From an uncultured virus (IMG/VR IMGVR_UViG_3300020474_000006) (lineage: Duplodnaviria > Heunggongvirae > Uroviricota > Caudoviricetes > Kyanoviridae), in IMG/VR virus record IMGVR_UViG_3300020474_000006, positions 1 through 64,000 of that record: a stretch of DNA of 64,000 nt. One strand, written 5' to 3'. Positions within the stretch are counted from its first letter, which is position 1, and the number at the start of each line of letters is the position of its first letter. Below are positions 8,828 to 16,358 of this stretch, in pieces. A program made the translations under genes and the position numbers. The notes under the pieces were generated by a model. It saw only the letters and a program-made list of their open reading frames with translations, was not told the DNA's origin and searched no databases.

Positions 8828-8935
8828 ATGATAATTTCTGATTTTTCCAAACTTGAAATAATTTTTAAAGATAAAAAGAATACAGACTTATATTTACTAT
8901 TACTCAAAAAAATATCAAAGAAAAAGAAAGTATAA
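8828..8935 (+). CDS. small basic peptide (35 aa)
   Basis: MIISDFSKLEIIFKDKKNTDLYLLLLKKISKKKKV; SD GAGGAG 7 nt upstream; ends at the hairpin. Confidence 0.5.
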   Translation: MIISDFSKLEIIFKDKKNTDLYLLLLKKISKKKKV

Positions 8936-8958
8936 AAAAAGCACCCCGTCAAGGGTGC
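8934..8958 (-). terminator. intrinsic terminator downstream of regA
   Basis: GCACCCT-tgac-GGGGTGC followed by T7. Confidence 0.8.
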
Positions 8959-9005
8959 CCGTAAGTTCCGACTTTCGTAGAGACCGCACGAAAAGAGTCT
9001 CAGTC
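8934..9005 (-). ncRNA. candidate structured RNA (pseudoknot) 3' of regA
   Basis: Interleaved pairings GAGAC/GUCUC and UUUCGU/ACGAAA, between a CTAAATA late-like promoter and a terminator. Confidence 0.45.
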
Positions 9006-9446
9006 TTATTTAGCTACTTCTTCTTGGGGTTTGGTCTTCTTACCAATATTATATTTTTGCTCCAGAATCCAATCCGACTTGTCCTTGTATGCAAGCACCT
9101 TAATTTGGTTAAGAGGTGCGATGTCAGTAACAGAATCTTCTTTAACTACGCTAATGAGTCCCCAATCAGATAAGAGACGTGCAATGCGATTACGACGCTG
9201 TACGTCGTTCACAGTGAGGTTAGCGTGCTTCCCATCAAGGGCAAACAACTCCTTAAAGTGAACAATGAAATATCTTCCCTGCTTATGCAGAATATGACAG
9301 GACTGATAGAGTTTCTTTTCCTTGCGTGATGCAACTCCAATCCGAGTTAGAGTCTCTCTTACTTTCAAGAAATCATCAGGTTCATTGAGGAGCACCTCCA
9401 CCATCTGATCTTGAGACCATTGTACTGTTGGTTCCACCGTACTCAT
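9006..9446 (-). CDS. regA: translational repressor RegA
   Basis: DDFLKVRETLTRIGVAS, LYQSCHILHKQGRYFIVHFKELF. Confidence 0.97.
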   Translation of the reverse strand: MSTVEPTVQWSQDQMVEVLLNEPDDFLKVRETLTRIGVASRKEKKLYQSCHILHKQGRYFIVHFKELFALDGKHANLTVNDVQRRNRIARLLSDWGLISVVKEDSVTDIAPLNQIKVLAYKDKSDWILEQKYNIGKKTKPQEEVAK

Positions 9447-9814
9447 TTCATTCCTCCAATGTCAAGTCGTTGTTTAATAAAGTTAATCTGTTCGTTTGTC
9501 AGAATTTTCAGAGCTTGTGATGCCTTCTCATTACTATAACCATAGTATTGTTTGACACATTCTAAATCTTGGACTTTATCCTTACGGAGCCAAGGAGAGA
9601 ATCTCTTTCTTTTCCTCAATGTATTTAGATAAAAAGAATATTGCATATCTTTATCAAGAAAGTTATACTTATTCATTTCATTGGCAAACATGACACAATC
9701 AAGGTGCCCAGACAGACAACGATTAATGATATATGGAGGATAGTCTTTTATATGCTCACTCAAATCTTCCTTATTAAAGTTAATGGAGTTAAGCCAGTCT
9801 TTGAGTTCAGTCAC
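9443..9814 (-). CDS. gp62: clamp loader small subunit
   Basis: LKDWLNSIN, YPPYIINRCLS, RKRKRFSPW, YYGYSNEKA; adjacent to regA. Confidence 0.93.
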   Translation of the reverse strand: MTELKDWLNSINFNKEDLSEHIKDYPPYIINRCLSGHLDCVMFANEMNKYNFLDKDMQYSFYLNTLRKRKRFSPWLRKDKVQDLECVKQYYGYSNEKASQALKILTNEQINFIKQRLDIGGMK

Positions 9815-10481
9815 GATTTAAGTATGAAAAATGATAAGTATATATAAAAAGATCTAAAAGTTCTTGAGTAACCTCTGGAAGTTTTGAAAGATTATATTCG
9901 TTTTTAAGAAGTTCATAATACTCCAACTTCGTCATGTTATGCCCCTTATGATTTTGAAAAATTATGTCTTCAAGAGGCCACATCCAAGCAACTTGACAGT
10001 CTATGTTTTTCATTACATTAGATGACATCCTTACCATCTCATCGAAAGTCTCCGTTTCATAATGATCTAAAAGTAGAACATCACATTTACCCGTATACTC
10101 ATTAGCATCGACTGGAATGACTTCTGCATGTTGAAATATATGTGGATTATTTTCCAAATGATAATCAATAACTCCTCGGTTTTTTTCGAGAATGGTCAAC
10201 TCAGTTACTTCCTTTTTGTTAAGCAACCAATTTTCCCTCACACCAAAACCAAGTCCCGTGCAGATAGTATGACCTTTTGCAAACCAATAGTGAGAGAATA
10301 CCTGAGTTGCTGAAGATTTTGATGGCATCTCATGTGCAGTCCACTGATTACCATCAACAAGTAGTACAGCTTCCTTCTCTCCAAGTTCACCATCTCTTAT
10401 AACAACATCAACATTATCTTTGTGATATTCTACAATCTTTGGTTCATTATAGTAAAAATAATCTAGGAAATCAATATTCAT
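9807..10481 (-). CDS. class I SAM-binding fold protein (methyltransferase/spermidine-synthase-like)
   Basis: ICTGLGFG motif I, LTILEKN acidic motif II, VIPVDA, DVLLLDHY. Confidence 0.65.
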   Translation of the reverse strand: MNIDFLDYFYYNEPKIVEYHKDNVDVVIRDGELGEKEAVLLVDGNQWTAHEMPSKSSATQVFSHYWFAKGHTICTGLGFGVRENWLLNKKEVTELTILEKNRGVIDYHLENNPHIFQHAEVIPVDANEYTGKCDVLLLDHYETETFDEMVRMSSNVMKNIDCQVAWMWPLEDIIFQNHKGHNMTKLEYYELLKNEYNLSKLPEVTQELLDLFIYTYHFSYLNRD

Positions 10482-11311
10482 CTGGTTCCATAATTAAAAA
10501 GTAAAAGTTCTTTACGTTCCTTTTGCTCACGCATGTATTCACCGACAGAACGCATCGTGTAAGTTAAATCAAACTCACCTGCTTCCCACCCATTAAATCT
10601 CTCCTTAACTAAGTTAGAAGAATTATAAGATACCAGTTGAGGACCAACATACCTATCACAATCGGAAGCAAAATCATCGTGATTAAATCCATTGTGCATA
10701 CTTCCCTTCTTACCATAGAGATTATCTTTAATGTCATATGGCGGATCTAGATATGTGAATACATCTTTACGATCAGTGAGAAGTGACTCATACGACCAGT
10801 TAGTAATTTTCCAGTTCTGAATTAGTTGCGTGTATCCTGGAAGTTTTTGGATTCCTCGCATTGAGAAGTTGGAGACGCTTGCTTGTCTACTGAAGGAGGA
10901 GGATTCGGTGAGTCCACTAAAACTACACTTATTGACAATATAAAAACTACAAGCGCGAGATAAATTCGATTCAGTGTAATCATTGACAACCTTTTTTGAA
11001 TTTAAAAATAATTTCCTTGCAGATTCTTCATCAGAATGCAAAGACTTTGATTCTTGCAAACTTTCATATAAAAGATTGCCTTCATCCTGCAGAACCCTCC
11101 AGAAGTTATACAAGGGTTCATACAAGTCATTAACCCAGATATCCAACTTAGGATACTTTTTAGTAATATGTATTGCTACACTACCACCACCAAGAAATGG
11201 TTCCCGATATTCCTTATAGTCACGGAGGTCAGGAAAATAGGGATCCATCTTGATGCAAGCACGGGACTTGCCCCCAGGATAACGAAGGGGAGTTTTATAC
11301 GATTTCATCAC
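10478..11311 (-). CDS. dam: DNA adenine methyltransferase (Dam/D12 class)
   Basis: LRYPGGKS, EPFLGGGSV, YLDPPY. Confidence 0.93.
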   Translation of the reverse strand: MMKSYKTPLRYPGGKSRACIKMDPYFPDLRDYKEYREPFLGGGSVAIHITKKYPKLDIWVNDLYEPLYNFWRVLQDEGNLLYESLQESKSLHSDEESARKLFLNSKKVVNDYTESNLSRACSFYIVNKCSFSGLTESSSFSRQASVSNFSMRGIQKLPGYTQLIQNWKITNWSYESLLTDRKDVFTYLDPPYDIKDNLYGKKGSMHNGFNHDDFASDCDRYVGPQLVSYNSSNLVKERFNGWEAGEFDLTYTMRSVGEYMREQKERKELLLFNYGTR

Positions 11312-11601
11312 ACAATCAATTTCTTAGATGATGGGGTAACCAGTTTACTCCCAAACATTTCATTGTACTTCTTACTCACATCTTCTTGAACAGCACAAAC
11401 GTAAACAATGTGCTGTTGTTTCATGGTGACTTCAGGATTGTCTGGATCAATCACAGTTGCCCACTGCGCGAATCCAACACCATTAGCATTAGGTAGAACT
11501 ACAAGACCGTTCTTTACGGTAATTGTATTCTCATCTTCGGAAATGAGTTCGGCAATAATTTCTTCGCCAGTTACAATGCGAATTAGTTTAACATTAATCA
11601 T
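11308..11601 (-). CDS. hypothetical protein, Sm-like fold candidate
   Basis: Start MINVKLIRIVTGEEIIAEL; C-terminus YNEMFGSKLVTP typical of T4-like conserved hypotheticals. Confidence 0.8.
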   Translation of the reverse strand: MINVKLIRIVTGEEIIAELISEDENTITVKNGLVVLPNANGVGFAQWATVIDPDNPEVTMKQQHIVYVCAVQEDVSKKYNEMFGSKLVTPSSKKLIV

Positions 11602-11815
11602 TAGATAAAAAACCGTAAGAGGGATCGTAAGAGGGATCATCAGATTTGTGGAGAAGAACTCCATCAACTTGTTGAAGCAATTCTTGCACACTTCCATGCA
11701 GAACGCGATATCCAGTGCCAACATATAGTTGACCTAAGACAACTGCTATAGTAGCAGTTCCCCAGAATACATAATAGAATCTGGATTTTACTTGTGCTTT
11801 AATTTTAGTTTTCAT
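11594..11815 (-). CDS. small membrane protein
   Basis: Basic N-terminus, then hydrophobic FYYVFWGTATIAVVLGQLYVG; overlaps both neighbours. Confidence 0.7.
   Translation of the reverse strand: MKTKIKAQVKSRFYYVFWGTATIAVVLGQLYVGTGYRVLHGSVQELLQQVDGVLLHKSDDPSYDPSYGFLSND
11614..11637. repeat. 12-bp tandem duplication
   Basis: CGTAAGAGGGAT x2, encoding DPSY-DPSY. Confidence 0.8.
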
Positions 11816-12762
11816 TTGAATTCACACTCCACCATAAGTTCAGTTAGACATGCCAGCATATTTATTTCTTGATCCGCAACGAACGCCATTTGATACTGAT
11901 ACTTAGCAAGAGTAAGCACAGCAGCAGGAATACTATTCGGAACCATGGAATCATAACAAGCATCGTAAATACGACGCAGTAGGACAGCAGTATCATTGTC
12001 CAGGTTATTGACAACCCATTTACGTACTTCGGGAAAATCTTTTTCCTTAAGTTTCTTAACCAAATCATTTACTTTTACATCACTAAAAGTTGCAAGAATA
12101 CCGGGATCGATAGTACCAGAAGAAGAATATCTCTGACACTCATTAAGAACACGTCTCCAATCTGGGAAGTGTTTGTTAATCAGTTCTACCAGGACCTTGT
12201 TATCATATTTAACACCTTCTGTATCCAAGATTTCTTGGATGCGTTTGAAGAATGAGGCTGCGAGTCCCTGTCGATCTTTTCCTTTAATGGAGAACTCGAC
12301 AACCGTTGTGCGGGAATGAAGTGGTTCGAGAATTTTGTTTTTGAAGTTGCAGGTAAAGATGAATCTGCAGTTGCCACTAAACTCCTCAATAAACGCCCGT
12401 AGGAGGAGTTGTACATCATTGGTTGTGTTATCTGCCTCATCAATGATGATGACTTTGTGTTTTGCAGTTGAAGAAAGCGAGACGGTCGAAGCGAAATTCT
12501 TCGCAGTATTTCTGACGGTATCGAGGAATCGTCCTTCATCGGATCCGTTGATGACATAAAAATCTACTCCTAGTTCATTGCAGAGTGCTTTTGCTACCGT
12601 AGTTTTTCCACACCCAGCAGGACCTGCAAGGAGCATATTTGGTATCTCACCCTTATCTAGGAAGTCTTGAAAAGTCTTCTTAATACTTGGTGGTAAAATA
12701 CATTCTTCAATAGTTTTGGGTCTGTATTTTTCAACCCAAAGAAATTCATCTCGCATAGTCAT
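11812..12762 (-). CDS. gp44: clamp loader large subunit
   Basis: LWVEKYRP, GPAGCGKTT, IIIDEAD, PLHSR. Confidence 0.97.
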   Translation of the reverse strand: MTMRDEFLWVEKYRPKTIEECILPPSIKKTFQDFLDKGEIPNMLLAGPAGCGKTTVAKALCNELGVDFYVINGSDEGRFLDTVRNTAKNFASTVSLSSTAKHKVIIIDEADNTTNDVQLLLRAFIEEFSGNCRFIFTCNFKNKILEPLHSRTTVVEFSIKGKDRQGLAASFFKRIQEILDTEGVKYDNKVLVELINKHFPDWRRVLNECQRYSSSGTIDPGILATFSDVKVNDLVKKLKEKDFPEVRKWVVNNLDNDTAVLLRRIYDACYDSMVPNSIPAAVLTLAKYQYQMAFVADQEINMLACLTELMVECEFK

Positions 12763-13094
12763 TCCAAAGGACGAACAAATTCATTAGACACAATATCAGT
12801 TGCCTTCAATTGTTCTTTCATATATTCTACACCATTCTCAGGTATAGCGGTATCCCCACAAGTAAAGACATCACAAACTGCCATACCATTCTCTGGCCAA
12901 GTATGGATACTGAGATGACTCTCGGCAAGCATAGCAATTCCAGTCACACCTTGCGGTTCAAACTTATGTACTGTTAAATCAAGTAGTGTCGATTTACATT
13001 CTTTTGATGCTCTAAACAAAACCATTCGTATGAACTCTTTGTCATCAAGCAAATCAAAAGGACAACCCTTCAAAGTAAACAAAATATGTTTCAT
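12759..13094 (-). CDS. speD: S-adenosylmethionine decarboxylase proenzyme
   Basis: HKFEPQGVT, LAE|SHLSIHTWPE (pyruvoyl site), CDVFTCG. Confidence 0.95.
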   Translation of the reverse strand: MKHILFTLKGCPFDLLDDKEFIRMVLFRASKECKSTLLDLTVHKFEPQGVTGIAMLAESHLSIHTWPENGMAVCDVFTCGDTAIPENGVEYMKEQLKATDIVSNEFVRPLE

Positions 13095-13621
13095 TATACC
13101 CAGTCAGGTTTACGATCAGGGATGCGAAGATAATTATCACATACCCATGGTTTAGATGAAATATACATCTTATATTTTTCAAAGATGGATATTGAAGTAT
13201 CTAACTTGAACTCATCAGGTCCTGCAAAAACAAAGGGTGTTGTATCCTTTCCACTGCGACCTTGTGGGTCTGCTGTAGGGAGTATCTCCTTTGCTGCTAA
13301 GAGAGTCTTCTGGCAGGTGTGAACCTTACCATAGCGAGCAGTGTACTCGTCACACATAGCAAGTCCATGAGCAAGAAGCCACTGCCAATTAGTTACAAAC
13401 TCATTCGCCCAGATAGTACAAGGATGATTACGAAAAGCACCCTTCTCAGTAGCATAGGGAGTACCGTCTGCTCTAGGAAGAGTGCCGAAGTTATGACCCC
13501 ATTTATCAGAGCATACAATAGCAAGCATCTGACATGTCTCTAGGGGCATCTTGACAATATGTTTGTCAGGGAGAACCCTGGCAGACTCCCAAGGACTGGG
13601 AGAGGTTACAAAGATATTCAT
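13094..13621 (-). CDS. pyrimidine-dimer DNA glycosylase (DenV)-like family protein
   Basis: MNIF, DKHIVKMPLETCQML, NHPCTIWA, EYTARYGKVH. Confidence 0.7.
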   Translation of the reverse strand: MNIFVTSPSPWESARVLPDKHIVKMPLETCQMLAIVCSDKWGHNFGTLPRADGTPYATEKGAFRNHPCTIWANEFVTNWQWLLAHGLAMCDEYTARYGKVHTCQKTLLAAKEILPTADPQGRSGKDTTPFVFAGPDEFKLDTSISIFEKYKMYISSKPWVCDNYLRIPDRKPDWV

Positions 13622-13830
13622 AGTAACTTTGACAAAGAGATTATCAAAAGGAATGATAGCATTATAACCACATCCCAGGATTTTGTCTTAATAAAGTAAG
13701 GAACTGAAATAGCATCACCAATAAAGTGAAGAAGCACTCCAAAAGCAACACTGACATGAAGGACCACAAAGTAAGCAATGATCGCAAGAGCACTGCCGGT
13801 GATTCTCATGGCAACATCAAAGGTCATCAA
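13618..13830 (-). CDS. small multi-pass membrane protein
   Basis: 70 aa, almost wholly hydrophobic, translationally coupled. Confidence 0.7.
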   Translation of the reverse strand: MMTFDVAMRITGSALAIIAYFVVLHVSVAFGVLLHFIGDAISVPYFIKTKSWDVVIMLSFLLIISLSKLL

Positions 13831-14516
13831 CCAAAAGTAGAATCAGGTTCCAAAGCAATATAATACGTCAGATCATGATTCTTGGATGTAAATCGGGACA
13901 GAAGTTTTTGTGACACAACGACATCATAAGTTCCAGGAAGAATCTTAATATTCTCAACTTTAAAGTTAAATGAGAACTCTTTGTCAGTCTCACCGACCAC
14001 AACAGAGAAGTCATTGGAAGTATCGTTCTTCTTATCACGAACAACCAGTTTGACCACACCTGCTTCACCAACAGCAGAAAGGTCAGGAAGTTGATAAACA
14101 GCAGACGCTTTCAGCAGTTTGTCTAACTGCTCAGTGCTGAGTTCAAATTGAACATCCTCACTAGGAAGTTGAATTGCTTTTTCGGGAGGAGTTACAATAA
14201 CATTAGGGTCTGCAAAGAAATACTTTGATCGAGACCGACCTTCACGGATCATTACATATCCATCATTAGCAAAGTCAAGTTCAGGACTAGAGTGCAGACT
14301 CAAACCATTAAGGAATTGATTGAGATCATAGATGCCGAAGTCTTTCATGAATTCTTCGGTGACAGTTGCCTCTGCAAGGATGTTCTTCATCACACTGATA
14401 GTGCGAAGTTTGCTACCCTCCTTGAAGAGAATCGATTGATTGATCGAAGAAAAGTTCTTCAGGACAGAGATAGTTTTATCAGACAGTTTCATAGTATTGG
14501 AAGGTCTCAGTTTCAC
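13827..14516 (-). CDS. gp45: DNA polymerase sliding clamp
   Basis: LKNFSSINQSI, FGIYDLNQFL, YYIALEPDS; alternative start at 14492. Confidence 0.96.
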   Translation of the reverse strand: MKLRPSNTMKLSDKTISVLKNFSSINQSILFKEGSKLRTISVMKNILAEATVTEEFMKDFGIYDLNQFLNGLSLHSSPELDFANDGYVMIREGRSRSKYFFADPNVIVTPPEKAIQLPSEDVQFELSTEQLDKLLKASAVYQLPDLSAVGEAGVVKLVVRDKKNDTSNDFSVVVGETDKEFSFNFKVENIKILPGTYDVVVSQKLLSRFTSKNHDLTYYIALEPDSTFG

Positions 14517-15082
14517 TGGGGGTAGGTTTCGCTTTGTGCATTCTTGTCGTTGAAATGCATCAGAAGAACAGCATAATGCAAGATCTTCATAATGTCACGA
14601 CGGGCGGTTCCCTTCTTATCATATCGTGACGCATACTTGAGAATGTTGCTGCGACAGAATGCCTCACCGTCACCACAAGCTTCGATAAGATCAAGGGTTT
14701 GAATCTTATCAGAACCAGCAGAATAATGCTGGTCATATGTTCTAGTGATGTAATCTTGCAACTCTTTAATGATTACATCTTCACCGTACTTCTGTCTAGG
14801 GTTAGTTGAAGGTTTAGAAGGAGTGGACAAATCAAAAGTAAGAGTATCTTCTGATTCTGCTCCAAAGTAGTTGAACGGGACAGGTTGTGCGGCATTAATA
14901 CCATCACCAGAGAAAGTAATATGATCATTACCCATACCACCTGGAAGGCGAGAACTGCCGAAAACGATAGTATCTGGAGATGCAGTGCCAGGATTGCCCG
15001 TCAAACTGAATCCGTCTTCTTTCCAATAATCTTGATTAGACATATTTAATTCGTCAAATAGAAAGGACCATGAGTTAGTCAT
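14513..15082 (-). CDS. DUF3310-like conserved phage protein with low-complexity N-terminus
   Basis: C-terminal QHY...IQTLDLI...FCRSNILKYASRYDKKG..RDIMKILHY. Confidence 0.75.
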   Translation of the reverse strand: MTNSWSFLFDELNMSNQDYWKEDGFSLTGNPGTASPDTIVFGSSRLPGGMGNDHITFSGDGINAAQPVPFNYFGAESEDTLTFDLSTPSKPSTNPRQKYGEDVIIKELQDYITRTYDQHYSAGSDKIQTLDLIEACGDGEAFCRSNILKYASRYDKKGTARRDIMKILHYAVLLMHFNDKNAQSETYPQ

Positions 15083-15111
15083 ATTATATCAGGAGACCAC
15101 CCCTTCGTCAA
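15083..15111 (-). promoter_or_regulatory. sigma70-type promoter inside the cobS 3' end
   Basis: TTGACG-17 nt-TATAAT. Confidence 0.8.
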
Positions 15112-16153
15112 TGGGCATTACGAAGTCGGCATCAACTTTATCATACAGTTCCAGGAATGCTTGCTTGGTTTCATCATCAAAACGATTCACGCAGACCTGA
15201 ATTGCCTTTGCCTTATCATTAAAGATGCTATATGCACGAACGATATGAACCAGACGACGAGTGCTGATAATCTCTTCAATACCACCATCATAGAAGGTCT
15301 TACGGATGATATCTGCCCAATCAGAGAGACGCTTACAGAACTCAGCATCATTACAGACTTTACCAAGAATCTTCTGTTCTGTGGCAGCTGCGGGATACTC
15401 TTGCTCAAAGGTTACAGGGAATCGCTCAAGGAATGCTTCGTTGAGCACGTTAGTTCCAATGAATCGTCCGTCGTCACTTCCTTTACCTTTAGTATTGGCG
15501 GTTGCGAATACTTGGAAACCTTCTGTGGGCGCAACCCATTTGCCAATCTTCTTGAGGAAAACTCCTTTTCCTTCGAGAATAGATTGGAGACAAAGGATTT
15601 TGTTTGAGGCAAGGTCGATTTCGTCAAGGAGCAAGACTGCTCCACGTTGAAGTGCTTCAATGACTGGTCCATTGTGCCAGACGGTTTCTCCACCAATAAG
15701 ACGGAAACCGCCAATAAGATCATCTTCATCTGTTTCTACTGTAATGTTGACTCGAATAAGTTCTCTGTCCAGTTGAGCACATGCTTGCTCCACAGAGAAC
15801 GTCTTACCATTACCCGAAAGACCCGTAATGAACGTTGGATAGAACAGACCGGACTTAATAATTTTTTTAATATCAGCGAAGTTACCAAAGCTGACGAAGG
15901 TATCATCTTTTGCAGGAATAAGGTTCTGTTCAACAGCAGGCATAGCAGGTGGTGCCTGATAGTTTTGCTCTAGTTTTTCTTGTACGGTCAAGTTCCACTT
16001 TCCACGACTAGTCTTGTATTGAGTGAGTTTATTGGTGACAGTTTGATAGTTCGCACCATTCATAGCACACCAGGCACGAATATCAGCAGTAGCAACAGAC
16101 TCACCATACAACCCCTGAAGGGAAGTGCGAATGAACTCAGGTGAGAGGGACAT
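15089..16153 (-). CDS. cobS: CobS/MoxR-like AAA+ ATPase
   Basis: GLSGNGKT, LLLDEID, ATANTKGKG, NEAFLERF, ISTRRL. Confidence 0.9.
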   Translation of the reverse strand: MSLSPEFIRTSLQGLYGESVATADIRAWCAMNGANYQTVTNKLTQYKTSRGKWNLTVQEKLEQNYQAPPAMPAVEQNLIPAKDDTFVSFGNFADIKKIIKSGLFYPTFITGLSGNGKTFSVEQACAQLDRELIRVNITVETDEDDLIGGFRLIGGETVWHNGPVIEALQRGAVLLLDEIDLASNKILCLQSILEGKGVFLKKIGKWVAPTEGFQVFATANTKGKGSDDGRFIGTNVLNEAFLERFPVTFEQEYPAAATEQKILGKVCNDAEFCKRLSDWADIIRKTFYDGGIEEIISTRRLVHIVRAYSIFNDKAKAIQVCVNRFDDETKQAFLELYDKVDADFVMPIDEGVVS

Positions 16154-16175
16154 TTGGTTTGTTTGAACTGAAGTT

Positions 16176-16207
16176 ATTATAATCGAAAAAAACGGGTCTC
16201 AAACCCG
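16176..16207 (-). terminator. terminator with downstream TATAAT -10 for cobS
   Basis: CGGGT-ttgag-ACCCG-T7, then GAT-TATAAT. Confidence 0.7.
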
Positions 16208-16214
16208 CCTTGTG

Positions 16215-16358
16215 TCACTTTTCATATTGTCTATATTTGAATTTCATTGCCTGCATCATCCATGCCTGAGCAAGACTCTTTGGACCTTCTTTAAGGACCT
16301 TTCTTACTTTAGGATCACTTTCACACTGAAGTGCAATTTCTTTCCAATTCATTTTCAT
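16215..16358 (-). CDS. small hypothetical protein (47 aa), absent from the ORF track
   Basis: MKMNWKEIALQCESDPKVRKVLKEGPKSLAQAWMMQAMKFKYRQYEK; ATGA overlap with the upstream stop; ends at the terminator. Confidence 0.7.
   Translation of the reverse strand: MKMNWKEIALQCESDPKVRKVLKEGPKSLAQAWMMQAMKFKYRQYEK

Noticed and set aside
8930..8952. Sigma70 promoter in the regA terminator (TTGACG...TATACT)
   Set aside because: The spacer is only about 12 nt.
8969..9005. Hammerhead ribozyme (CUGA..GA...CGAAA)
   Set aside because: The core reads CUGAGAC rather than CUGANGA, and stems I-III cannot be built.
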